From assembly GCA_963796955.1 (NCBI GenBank), contig CAWCNJ010000004.1:64001-128000 (forward strand): DNA of 64,000 bases. The letters run 5' to 3'. The stretch's first letter is position 1; every line of letters starts with the position of its first letter. This document shows positions 1 to 10,127 of this stretch, in pieces. This DNA comes from Endomicrobiales bacterium (GTDB taxonomy: Bacteria > Elusimicrobiota > Endomicrobiia > Endomicrobiales > JALOBY01). The position numbers were made by a program, and so were the translations under genes. The notes under the pieces were generated by a model. The model was not told where the DNA came from, did not search any database, and saw only the letters and a list, made by a program, of their open reading frames with translations.

Positions 1-102
1 TTCAAAATAATGCCCCAGAAATTTTGCAAATACGAAGGTAATTTAGTAGAATTATTGCCTTCACTATTTATAATTAATCTTTTGTAAGAGGGGTATACAA
101 TT

Positions 103-2600
103 ATGCAAGCTGTTATCATGGCTGGCGGTTTCGGTACACGGTTGCGCCCGCTCAGCTGCAACATCCCAAAACCCATGGTCCCCATGGTGAACCGTCCTAT
201 GCTGTTCCACATAATCGAGTTATTGAAAAAACACGGCTTTACCGATCTTACTATGATGTTGTATTTCCAGCCGGACGTGATCACTGAATATTTCGGCGAC
301 GGCTCGAAGTTCGGCGTAAAGATACGTTACCTGCGCCCCGAAGGCGATCTGGGAACGGCGGGCTCAGTAAAGTTCGCGCAAAAACACATTAACGGCACCT
401 TCCTGGTCATTTCCGGCGACGTGCTTACCGATTTTGACCTTACTAAAGCCGTTGAATACCATAAACACAAGAAAGCCGCCGCCACCATGATACTTACCCG
501 CGTGCCCAATCCGCTGCAGTTCGGCGTGGTCATAGCAGGCGCTGACGGAAAAATAGAGCGGTTCCTTGAAAAACCAAGCTGGGGCGAGGTATTCTCCGAC
601 ACCATTAACACCGGCATTTATGTGCTGGAGCCAAAAGTATTCGATAACGTTCCGGCTGAAAAATCGGTAGACTTCTCAAAAGACCTGTTCCCAGCACTGC
701 TGAAAGAAGATAAGGGATTGTTCGGCTATACCGCCGAAGGGTATTGGAAGGACGTGGGCAATCTTGACGAATATCGCCTGGGCCATTATGATGTGCTTGA
801 GAACAAGCTTAAAATAAGCATTGCCGGCCGCGCGGTGAAGGTGGGCGGTAAAGAAATAATGGTCGGCGAAAATACCAAAATAGAGGACGGTGTCGAAGTT
901 GGCGACAATGTGGTGATAGGCAATGACTGTCACATTCATAAGGGCGCTTTCATAGGCCATTCCGTGTTGGGCGATAATGTGACTATCGGGGCCGGCGCCA
1001 ACATTTATGGTTCCGTATTGTGGAACAACACCTGCATCGGCCGCGAGGCGAGACTGAAAGAAGCGGTGATATCGGAAAACACTACTATCGGCGATAAGGC
1101 GGTTGTGCAGGTCGGCACGGTTGTGGCCGACGGCTGCACTATCGGCGCGGAAGCGGTGATTCGCGCCTACATAAAGTCTGGCCCAATAAGACCGTGGAAG
1201 AAGGGGCGACGCTCTCAACCTCCCTTGTCTGGGGTGAAAAGTGGAATAAGGAATTATTCTCGGCCTACGGCATCACCGGTCTTGCCAATATTGAGATCAC
1301 ACCAGAATTCGCGACGAAAGTCGGCGCGGCATACGGCGCCTACCTCGGTAAAGGCGCCTATATCGTTACCTCCCGCGATCCGCACCCCGCCAGCCGCATG
1401 ATAAAACGCACCATGATCTCCGGCCTTATATCGGCGGGTGTACGCGTCGGTGATCTGCAGACGAACCCGATACCCGTAACCCGCTATGAGATCGGCAAGG
1501 AAGGCGAGAAGGGCGGCATCCATGTGCGCATCTCACCGTTCGATTCAAGGTTGATGGATATCAAGTTCCTCGATGCTACCGGCGCGAATATCTCCATTAA
1601 TCAGGAAAAGTCCATAGAACAGCTTTTCCTGCGCGAAGATTTTAAAAGGGCGAACCTTAATGAAGTCGGCGACATAGCGGTGCCTGCCCGCGCGCAGGAA
1701 TATTACCGCACGGGTTTTTTAAAGGCGATAGACCGTGAAGTTATCATAGCGGCCAATTTAAAAGTAGTGCTGGATTACAGCTATTCATCCGCTTCCATGG
1801 TCTATCCGCCGATATTGGGCGCCCTCGGTACCGATGTCGTGGCGCTGAACGCGTATATAAACCCGGCTAAAATAACCAAGACCGAATCGGAATTCAAACA
1901 TTCCTGCGAGCAGCTATCGGACATCGTTACCACGCTTAAAGCCGACGCCGGCTTCCTGATAGACAACGGTGCCGAAAAAGTTTTTGTCGTTGATGAGAAA
2001 GGCAAGATCCTGCCGGATACGCTGGCGTTGATACTGATAGCGGACCTGGTGATGCGCACCTGCAAAAAGGGAACCATCGCCGTACCGGTATTCGTTTCTT
2101 CCGTGATAGACGAACTGGCTAAAAAGTACGGCATGAAGGTTATCCGCACTCCCGCCAATCCGCGGCAGATCATGGCCGCGGCCCGTGAAAAGGATGTGGT
2201 GTTCGTCGGCGATTGCAACGGCGGCTACATTTTTCCGGAATTCCAGCCGTGCTTCGACGCGATGTACGGTATCGCCAAGATTCTGGAAATGATGGCTAAA
2301 GAAAAGATACATATGAACCGCCTCAGCCGCGAAATACCGTCGTTCGAAGTATTGCACAAAAAAGTGCCCTGCGCCTGGGACAAAAAAGGCCAGACCATGC
2401 GCGCCTGCCTGGAAGAAGCGAAGGGCAAGAAATCCGAACTGATAGACGGGGTAAAAATATTCGTAAAGAACGGCTGGGTACTGATGCTGCCCGATCCCGA
2501 CGAAGCGGTCTTTCACATCTGGGCCGAATCTGACGACGAGAAAACCGCAAAAGAGCTTTTGCACGAATACGCCGCGAAAGTAAAGAGCTGGCAGGCGTAA
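103..2600 (+). CDS. Mannose-1-phosphate guanylyltransferase / phosphomannomutase-like fusion (NTP transferase + hexapeptide LbH + PGM/PMM domains), split by a 1-nt frameshift at ~1173-1177
   Basis: ORF 103-1401 has the GGFGTRLRPL...PKPM nucleotidyltransferase motif and LbH repeats. ORF 1194-2600 is PMM-like. Adding one base in ATAAAGTCTGG restores ...YIKVWPNKTVEEGA..., the usual junction of this fusion family. Confidence 0.85.
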
Positions 2601-2616
2601 AGACAGAGGAATTATC

Positions 2617-4050
2617 ATGATAACATTCGGCACATCGGGCTGGCGGGGGATCATTGCAGAAGATTTTACTTTTGAGAACGTCCGCCGCGTTACGCAGGCT
2701 ATAGCTGAATATGTGCTGGCGCATACGGACAAGGGTGGCGAGCTTTCTGTGGTCGTCGGTTATGATACGCGCTTCCATTCAGAGAATTTCGCCCTGGAAA
2801 CCTCCCGGGTGCTTGCCGGCAACGGTATTACGGCCTTGCTTTGCAAACGCGATACTCCGACACCGGTGATCGCGTATGAGATACTGCGCCGCAAGGCGGC
2901 CGGCGGGATAAATTTCACTGCCAGTCACAATCCTCCGCTGTATAACGGTATCAAATTCTCGCCTGCCTGGGGCGGACCTGCATTGCCCGAAACCACCCGG
3001 GCGATAGAGGCGCGCGTTAACGGGAAAGAACCGTTAGTGGTAAAGGTCGCTAACACTGACGAAGCGGTTAAAGCCGGTTTGATAAAATATATCGATCCGC
3101 GCCCGACGTACCTTAAGCGCATCAAGGAACTGGTGGACGTTAAGGCGATCAAAAAAGCAAAACTGCACGTGGTCTCTGATGTGCTTTACGGAACGGGCAC
3201 CGGCTATCTGGATGCCGCGCTTGAAAGCGCCGGCGTCAGCCAGAAAGTGCTGCACAACTGGCGCGACGTTATGTTCGGCGGGGCGGCCCCGGAGCCGAAT
3301 CAACAGAACCTTAAGGAACTTGCCGGGATAGTAAAGAAAGAAGCCAGCAATCTCGGCGTCGCGACCGACGGCGACGGCGACCGGTTCGGGTTCATAGATT
3401 CGGACGGCAGTTTCATAAACCCCAACCAGACGCTGGCCGTGCTGCTGTACCATATGATAAAGAACCGCGGCGTAAAAAGCGGCGTGGTGGCCCGCTCGGT
3501 CATGACCACGCACCTGCTGGATAAGCTCGCCAAAAAATTCGGCCTGGCATTGAAGGAAACGCCGGTCGGTTTTAAATATATCGGCGAGATCCTGGTAGAC
3601 GAAGGCAAGAACTTCATTATCGGCGGCGAAGAGTCCGGCGGCCTTACCATCGGCGGCCATGTTCCGGAAAAAGACGGTATACTCGCCTGCATGCTGATGG
3701 CGGAAATGACGGCGATGTCCAAGAAACCCATAAAGAAAATGCTTGCCGAGATAGAAAAGCTGGTAGGAACGGTATTGAGCGAGCGGTTGAATTTCCACCT
3801 TTCCGCGGACGAGATGGATTCCTTCCGCGCCCGTCTGAAAGGGCCGCATCCTGCGGAATTCGCCGGTATAAAGGTTGCCAACCTGATAACGATCGACGGC
3901 TATAAATACGTTCTCGAGGACGGTTCGTGGCTCGGTATGCGTTTGTCGGGCACGGAGCCCGTCGTGCGCCTGTACGTTGAAGCCGATAGCGCGGCCAAGA
4001 TCAAGAAGCTTATTGCATCGGGGAATAAATTCGTTAAAGCGGGTGCCTAG
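2617..4050 (+). CDS. Phosphoglucomutase/phosphomannomutase
   Basis: FGTSGWRG, catalytic TASHNP, metal loop DGDGDR, GGEESGG and RLSGTEP motifs; RBS GAGGA. Confidence 0.92.
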   Translation: MITFGTSGWRGIIAEDFTFENVRRVTQAIAEYVLAHTDKGGELSVVVGYDTRFHSENFALETSRVLAGNGITALLCKRDTPTPVIAYEILRRKAAGGINFTASHNPPLYNGIKFSPAWGGPALPETTRAIEARVNGKEPLVVKVANTDEAVKAGLIKYIDPRPTYLKRIKELVDVKAIKKAKLHVVSDVLYGTGTGYLDAALESAGVSQKVLHNWRDVMFGGAAPEPNQQNLKELAGIVKKEASNLGVATDGDGDRFGFIDSDGSFINPNQTLAVLLYHMIKNRGVKSGVVARSVMTTHLLDKLAKKFGLALKETPVGFKYIGEILVDEGKNFIIGGEESGGLTIGGHVPEKDGILACMLMAEMTAMSKKPIKKMLAEIEKLVGTVLSERLNFHLSADEMDSFRARLKGPHPAEFAGIKVANLITIDGYKYVLEDGSWLGMRLSGTEPVVRLYVEADSAAKIKKLIASGNKFVKAGA

Positions 4051-4051
4051 C

Positions 4052-4702
4052 ATGTTCAAGCTTAAATCATCGTTCCGTGAGTATTTCCTTGCGGGCCTTA
4101 TCGCTTTGCTTCCCCTGTGGCTGACCCTGACGATCGTCTGGATACTGTTCAAATGGGTCAGCAATATCTCCATGCCGGTATTGTTCCCGATGTTCCATAT
4201 GCTCTTCAGGCACGATCAAGTCGGGTTGATGATCCGTGTATTCAGTTTCATAGTGACCATAGTTCTGATCTGCGTCGTGGGCATAATAGCCACCGATCTT
4301 ATAGGCAAACGGGTGTTGATAGCCCTTGAAAGCGTTCTGATCAAGGTGCCGTTCGTCAAGGATATTTATCTTTCGGTGCGCAAGCTGGTACAGTTCCTGT
4401 TCATCAGCAAACGCACGTTCCGCCAGGTGGTAGCAATTGAATTCCCGCGCCACGGCCTCTACACTATCGGTTTCATCATGATGGACGCGCCCGGCGAGAT
4501 ACAGAGAAAAACGGCCAAGACGCTGGTAAATGTTTTTGTGCCCCATACGCCGAATCCTACCGGCGGATTTCTTCTGCACGTAACCCCCGATCAGCTGATA
4601 CCGCTGGACATGTCGGTTGACGAAGCCCTTAAAATGGTCATTTCGGGCGGTATCATTGTCCCTGAGGATCGTAGTGATACGGGCATTGTGAACGCATCAT
4701 AA
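4052..4702 (+). CDS. DUF502 family membrane protein
   Basis: FLAGL..LLP.WLT N-terminal TM and VFVPHTPNPTGGFL...MSVDEALKMVISGG signature; ATG follows the PGM stop. Confidence 0.85.
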   Translation: MFKLKSSFREYFLAGLIALLPLWLTLTIVWILFKWVSNISMPVLFPMFHMLFRHDQVGLMIRVFSFIVTIVLICVVGIIATDLIGKRVLIALESVLIKVPFVKDIYLSVRKLVQFLFISKRTFRQVVAIEFPRHGLYTIGFIMMDAPGEIQRKTAKTLVNVFVPHTPNPTGGFLLHVTPDQLIPLDMSVDEALKMVISGGIIVPEDRSDTGIVNAS

Positions 4703-4720
4703 CAAGCTGACAAAGGCTCT

Positions 4721-6328
4721 ATGAACACTCTCTCAGCCGAAAAGCTCAAGAACCTGCTTGAAGCGAACAGGATACTTTCCTCTACCCTGGATTATCATAC
4801 GCTGCTGCGGCGCATGATAAGCCTGGCGGCGGAAGTGGTGGACGCCGAGACCGCCTCCGTGCTGCTGTACGATGAAGAAAAAAAAGACCTTCATTTTGAT
4901 GTGGCGCTCAGTGAGAATGAAGGAGCCCTGCAAACCATCCGTATCCCGCTCGGCACAGGGGTGGCCGGCTGGGTAGCGCGGGAACGTGTACCGCAGATCG
5001 TCAATGACGCGCCGTCCAACCCCCACTGGCTGAAAACAGCCGACCAAAAAACCAGTTTCAAAACCCGCTCGATCATCGCCGTGCCTCTTCTTTTCAAGGA
5101 CACCCTGCTTGGCGTGGTGGAGGCTGTCAACAAAAAAACCGGGACGTTCAACAATGCCGATCTTGAGCTTTTCAGCGCCTTCGCGGCTCAAGCCGCCGTT
5201 GCCATAGAGAATGCCAGGCTTATTAACGGGCTGAAGGAAGAAAAAGAAAAGATGCAGACGGTTTTCGCGCAGATGACCGACGGTGCTGTTTTCGTCGATA
5301 TGTCGGGCCGCAGCGTGCTGGTGAATAACGCTGCCCGGCAATTGCTGGGCAATAGACATGCTCCCGATGCATCGGCCGGGGAACAGGAGACGCTGGAAAA
5401 TATATTCTCCGGTTATATCGCGACGCCTGCTATCAAAGATATTATCACGTCACCGGAACAATTAATACCCGTTGAATTTGCAAGGAAAGGTGGAAAAGCC
5501 TTGTTGCTGGCCGGTCTTGCGAACCGGATATTCGACGGTGATGCAAAGCCCATAGGCGTGCTGGTGATCTTCCGGGATATGACCGCGGTCAAACGGGAAG
5601 AAATGGTAAAACGCGATTTCCTCTCGCTGATAAGCCACAAGCTTAAAACGCCGCTCGTCGCCATAACGGGTTACGGTCCGCTGCTTTTGGGCGACAGTGA
5701 ACTGGGTGAGAAGTATAAAAAGATAATCGCCAGCATCCACCGGCAGGGAATGCTGCTCTCGTCGCTGGTAGATAAATTGCTCTATTACACCATGATAGAA
5801 AGCGGCACGCTGACGCTGGCGCTGACCCGGGTGAATATGAACGCTCTTGTCGTGCGTTCCCTCTTCGAGCTCAAGGCGTACCTGGACGAGCGCCACGCAG
5901 CGGTAGTCGTGCACCCCGATGTAGGCCTGCTTCCCGACCTTTTTATTGACGGTGAAAAGATCGGGGCGGTGATCCGCAATTTCGTGGAGAACGCAGTAAA
6001 ATTCAACGGCTGCGCGGAAAAGAAAGTTGAGATCACGGTTCGCCAGGAACGTACGGACACCGGCAAAATGTACGGGCTTTCCGTGCTGGATAACGGGCCC
6101 GGTATACCGCCTGAAGAACGCAGCAAAATATTCGATAAATTTTATCAAATAGAAGAATCTTTCACCGGACAGGTTGAGGGAGCAGGCCTGGGCCTGGCGT
6201 TGGTAAAACAGGTAGTGGAAGCCCACGGCGGTGTGGTGGGTGTGGAGAACGCGCCCTCAGGCGGCTCACTATTCTATTTCCTGCTGCCTTCCGGCAGAGG
6301 AGATGATCAAGAGGCTCTATGTCAATAA
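4721..6328 (+). CDS. GAF-PAS sensor histidine kinase
   Basis: GAF (G.GVAGWV, VEAVNKK), PAS-like segment, H-box SHKLKTPL, HATPase N/G boxes (ENAVKF, DNGPGI, GAGLGL). Confidence 0.9.
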   Translation: MNTLSAEKLKNLLEANRILSSTLDYHTLLRRMISLAAEVVDAETASVLLYDEEKKDLHFDVALSENEGALQTIRIPLGTGVAGWVARERVPQIVNDAPSNPHWLKTADQKTSFKTRSIIAVPLLFKDTLLGVVEAVNKKTGTFNNADLELFSAFAAQAAVAIENARLINGLKEEKEKMQTVFAQMTDGAVFVDMSGRSVLVNNAARQLLGNRHAPDASAGEQETLENIFSGYIATPAIKDIITSPEQLIPVEFARKGGKALLLAGLANRIFDGDAKPIGVLVIFRDMTAVKREEMVKRDFLSLISHKLKTPLVAITGYGPLLLGDSELGEKYKKIIASIHRQGMLLSSLVDKLLYYTMIESGTLTLALTRVNMNALVVRSLFELKAYLDERHAAVVVHPDVGLLPDLFIDGEKIGAVIRNFVENAVKFNGCAEKKVEITVRQERTDTGKMYGLSVLDNGPGIPPEERSKIFDKFYQIEESFTGQVEGAGLGLALVKQVVEAHGGVVGVENAPSGGSLFYFLLPSGRGDDQEALCQ

Positions 6329-7578
6329 AATACACGGCGCCGAGAGGCACGCACGACCTGTGGGGCAGGGAAGCCGCTAAACTACAGCTGCTGGAGCAAT
6401 TATCACGCGATATCTTCTCGCGCTACGGTTTCAGCGAAGTTCGTTTCCCCACCTTTGAAGATGCGGCGCTTTTTACCCGTTCCATCGGCGAAGCGACCGA
6501 CATCATCGAAAAAGAGATGTACGTGTTCAAGGACCGTAAAGGGCGCGACCTCGCCCTGCGCCCGGAAGGGACGGCCAGCGCGGTGCGCCTCTATGTGGAG
6601 CATGTGCTTGGGCAATACGATCCGGTCAATAAATATTTTTATACCGGATCAATGTTCCGCTATGAACGCCCCCAGGCGGGCCGCTACCGGGAATTCTTTC
6701 AAATAGGCGCCGAGCATTTCGGCAACCCCGCGCCTGCGGCGGACGCTGAAATGATATTGCTTGCCCGTGATGTGCTGGCGCAGGCAGGCATAGAGGATAT
6801 GAAGATACATCTGCATACCATCGGCTGCGCGGAGTGCCGCCCCGCATTCCGTAAGGCTTTAACGGACTATATAGCGACGTGCGGCGCCCTGTGCGGGGAT
6901 TGCACCCGCCGCAGCGTCAACAATCCCCTGAGAGTACTGGATTGTAAAATAGACGGTCCGCGTCTGGGGGACCACCCGAAAATGGAATCATACCTGTGCC
7001 CTGATTGCGCGGCGCATTTTTCCGGCGTACAAAAATTGCTGATAGCTGCATCCTGTGATTATACTGTGGACCCGAAACTCGTCCGGGGTTTAGATTATTA
7101 TACCCGCACCATATTTGAGGTGCGTTCAGGTTCGCTGGGTTCACAAGACGCGGTTGCGGCAGGCGGACGCTATGACAATCTTATTGCAGAGATAGGCGGG
7201 CCGGCGACGCCGGCGGTAGGTTTCGCCCTCGGATCTGAACGGGTCATGATCGCTTCTAAAACATTGGACGAACGGCTTACCAGGGAACAGGGCCGGCGTA
7301 TTTTCGTGGCTGTTGCCGGTGAAAATATGGAGGCTGAAGCCTTCAAGTTCTGTTGCGAGCTGAGGCGTGCCGGCAAAGCCGTTGTCGAAGGTCCTTACGC
7401 GGGCAAAAGTTTAAAAAGTCAGATGAAACTTGCCGATAAGATAGCGGCTTCCACCGTCGTGCTGTTCGCACAGGAAGAGTTCGCGCGCGGGAAGATGCTG
7501 GTCCGCGATATGAAGACGCAACAACAGACCGAAATGACCGTGGTTGAATTCTTGAGGGACGCCGGGGAAAGGCCATGA
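6319..7578 (+). CDS. hisS: Histidine--tRNA ligase
   Basis: PRGT.D, LRPEGTA, FRYERPQAGRYREF, LVRGLDYY and GGRYD motifs plus anticodon-binding domain. Confidence 0.97.
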   Translation: MSIKYTAPRGTHDLWGREAAKLQLLEQLSRDIFSRYGFSEVRFPTFEDAALFTRSIGEATDIIEKEMYVFKDRKGRDLALRPEGTASAVRLYVEHVLGQYDPVNKYFYTGSMFRYERPQAGRYREFFQIGAEHFGNPAPAADAEMILLARDVLAQAGIEDMKIHLHTIGCAECRPAFRKALTDYIATCGALCGDCTRRSVNNPLRVLDCKIDGPRLGDHPKMESYLCPDCAAHFSGVQKLLIAASCDYTVDPKLVRGLDYYTRTIFEVRSGSLGSQDAVAAGGRYDNLIAEIGGPATPAVGFALGSERVMIASKTLDERLTREQGRRIFVAVAGENMEAEAFKFCCELRRAGKAVVEGPYAGKSLKSQMKLADKIAASTVVLFAQEEFARGKMLVRDMKTQQQTEMTVVEFLRDAGERP

Positions 7579-9398
7579 GAACAAAACGATCGAAACCGTT
7601 GCTTATCGCTCTCGGTATGGCAGTGCTGGTACTGGTACTCTGGGGACTCGGGTTCCTGCAAAATCTGGAGAACAGGAGCATTGACTACCGGTTCATGCTG
7701 CGCGGGCAGATCGCGCCTTCCGATAAGATCGTTATTGTCACGGCCGACGAAGAATCCTTCAAAGTTCTGGGCCGGTGGCCCTGGCCGCGCAGCACTCACG
7801 CGAAACTGATAGATATTCTAAATAACGCCGGCGCTAAAGCTATTGTTTTCGATATACTGTTCTCAGAACCTGATAAAGAACATCCCGAAGCCGACCGGGC
7901 GTTGGCGGAAGCGGCCAGGCGAAGCGGAAAAGTTGTTTTCTGTAGTATGTACCAGATGGAGCACGGGATGCCGGTAAACCCTATCATGCCTATCCGCCTG
8001 CTCAAGGATGCCGCCCCCACCGGTTTCTCCAATATATGGCCGGAGCTGGACGGCGTTACCCGCAAAGCGGCGCTCATGATGCAATATCAAGACAACATGC
8101 TTCCTTCCCTGAGCATGCAGGGTTTGTCCATCTATACCGGTAAATCGCCTAAGCAAGTCTTGGCTTATCACGGCATAACGTTAAGTGATACCATCAACGA
8201 AATACCCTTGAACTTCTACGGCGGCTATGAATCCTTCAAATACATTTCGTTCTATAAGGCAGTCACCGGAGAGGTACCGGCCGGCGAATTTAAAGATAAG
8301 ATCGTTCTGATCGGCGGCACCGCCGCGGGATTGTTCGATTTCAAGGCGATGCCGTTCTCTCCGACGTATCCCGGGGTAGAGGTCCACGCGACGGCCATGA
8401 GCAATATTTTGCGCGACGATTTCCTGGACAGCGCCCCCTGGTGGCTGACGCTGCTGCTGGTACTTTTTTTCGCGACATGCGCGGGTTGGGCGCTCTCGGG
8501 GTTACAGGCTTTGTATGGCGCGCTGAGCTGCCTTGCCATGTTCATCGGTTACTACGCCGCCTGTTGCCTTTTTTTCTCGAAAGCCCACTATGACCTTGAA
8601 GCCGCCGCGCCTCTGTTGTCGTTGGCGTTAAGTTATGGGGCGGTCGTTTTTTACCGTTTTATGACCGAGGAGAAGGAAAAACGCAAGATCAAAAATACCA
8701 TAGGCCACTATATTAACAGACAATTGCTGGAAAAAGTACTTGCTGATCCCGGTCTCTTGAAGCTCGGCGGCGATCGCAAGAACCTGAGCGTACTATTCTC
8801 GGATATCCGTGGTTTCACCACGATCTCCGAATCGATGAAACCGGAAGAGGTGGTGCCGCTGCTGAACGAGTATTTAAGTAAAATGGTGGACGTCGTTTTC
8901 AGGAATGACGGCACGCTGGATAAATTCATAGGCGATGCGGTCATGGCTTTCTGGGGCGCCCCGGTACCCGATGAGCTGCACCCGCGCAAGGCCGTAATGT
9001 GCGCCATTGAAATGATCGAGGAGCTGAAGCTGCTTCAGGAAAAATGGCGCCGTGAGGGAAAACCGGTGATAGAGATCGGTATCGGTGTCAACACCGGCGA
9101 CATGGTCGTCGGCAATATGGGATCCGGCCAGAAAATGGAATATACGGTTATCGGCGATAATGTAAATCTGGGCAGCCGCCTGGAAGGCTTGAACAAGGAA
9201 TATCACACCCGCATCATCGTGTCGGAGGCGACGTTCCTTGCCGTGCAGGATCTGGTGGAAGCACAGCTGCTCGGCAGTGTTAAGGTAAAAGGAAAAACGA
9301 AAGAAGTAACGATCTATCAAATACTGGGACGTAAAGGCGAAATTTCTTCGCCGGCCGGGCATTTCGATCCGGACAAACGACTGACCATCGAGAAATAA
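7575..9398 (+). CDS. CHASE2-domain class III adenylate/guanylate cyclase
   Basis: CHASE2 (GRWPWPR, FDILF, PGVEVHA), 3 TM helices, cyclase motifs LFSDIRGFT, DKFIGDA and YTVIGD.VN.GSRLE. The K/T specificity residues suggest an adenylyl cyclase. Confidence 0.92.
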   Translation: MRTKRSKPLLIALGMAVLVLVLWGLGFLQNLENRSIDYRFMLRGQIAPSDKIVIVTADEESFKVLGRWPWPRSTHAKLIDILNNAGAKAIVFDILFSEPDKEHPEADRALAEAARRSGKVVFCSMYQMEHGMPVNPIMPIRLLKDAAPTGFSNIWPELDGVTRKAALMMQYQDNMLPSLSMQGLSIYTGKSPKQVLAYHGITLSDTINEIPLNFYGGYESFKYISFYKAVTGEVPAGEFKDKIVLIGGTAAGLFDFKAMPFSPTYPGVEVHATAMSNILRDDFLDSAPWWLTLLLVLFFATCAGWALSGLQALYGALSCLAMFIGYYAACCLFFSKAHYDLEAAAPLLSLALSYGAVVFYRFMTEEKEKRKIKNTIGHYINRQLLEKVLADPGLLKLGGDRKNLSVLFSDIRGFTTISESMKPEEVVPLLNEYLSKMVDVVFRNDGTLDKFIGDAVMAFWGAPVPDELHPRKAVMCAIEMIEELKLLQEKWRREGKPVIEIGIGVNTGDMVVGNMGSGQKMEYTVIGDNVNLGSRLEGLNKEYHTRIIVSEATFLAVQDLVEAQLLGSVKVKGKTKEVTIYQILGRKGEISSPAGHFDPDKRLTIEK

Positions 9399-9401
9399 CC
9401 T

Positions 9402-10127
9402 ATGCTTGAATTCGTTCTGGGCCTGAATATTTTCTGGCGCCTTTTCCTGGCGCACCTGCTGGCGGATTTCACGCTGCAAACGAACCGCCTTGCGGCTTGG
9501 AAGCGCAAAAGCCCCGCCGGCACTTCCGTTCATTCGTTGATATTCGGTTTGAGTGCCTCGGTGTTATGCTGGCCCTATACTGTCCGAACATGGCATCTCT
9601 ATTTCGGGCATATCATCCTGCCCGGCTGGGCCATTATCCTTATTCTCACGGCATTACATTTTGCGGAAGATCAGTGGCGGGTTTCGGCGATCATTAGACG
9701 CGGCAAAGAAGATTCGTTCGCGTTCTTCGCCTGGGATCAGTGTTTTCACGCCGGTGTTATTTTTCTGCTGTCACCGGCACCTGTCGCCCCGGTTGAAAAG
9801 TGGGTAATGCTGGCGATAATTGTAGTATTCGTTACTCATTTTTCGACGATACTCATCTATTATCTTGAAAAGCTGATCATGGGCTCCGCCAGCATGGAGC
9901 CTAAAGAAAAATACAAGCAGATGGCTGAACGGACGTGCCTGGCCGCGGTGATCTTACTGCCGGGCTGGTGGGGTTTTGTTTTCGCCTCGGTCTGGACGGC
10001 GCGCAGCGGAATTCTTGCGTTATCGAATTCCGGCAGGCCGGCTCACATCAAAGGCCTGGGGGGGAATGTACTTGCACTGCTTGCGGGCATCGTCGCCCGC
10101 GAATTATTGTACGCTACTCTACCGTAA
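9402..10127 (+). CDS. DUF3307 family membrane protein
   Basis: LAHLLADF.LQ, HF.ED and DQ.FH motifs; multiple TM segments. Confidence 0.8.
   Translation: MLEFVLGLNIFWRLFLAHLLADFTLQTNRLAAWKRKSPAGTSVHSLIFGLSASVLCWPYTVRTWHLYFGHIILPGWAIILILTALHFAEDQWRVSAIIRRGKEDSFAFFAWDQCFHAGVIFLLSPAPVAPVEKWVMLAIIVVFVTHFSTILIYYLEKLIMGSASMEPKEKYKQMAERTCLAAVILLPGWWGFVFASVWTARSGILALSNSGRPAHIKGLGGNVLALLAGIVARELLYATLP

Noticed and set aside
1177..1401. C-terminal tail of ORF 103-1401 as a real basic domain
   Set aside because: It is out-of-frame read-through after the frameshift and overlaps the PMM-like ORF.
3034..4173. Long antisense ORFs (e.g. 3034-4173, 12927-13877, 20396-21463, 41369-42142)
   Set aside because: They are shadows of well-supported genes on the opposite strand, with no recognisable motifs.
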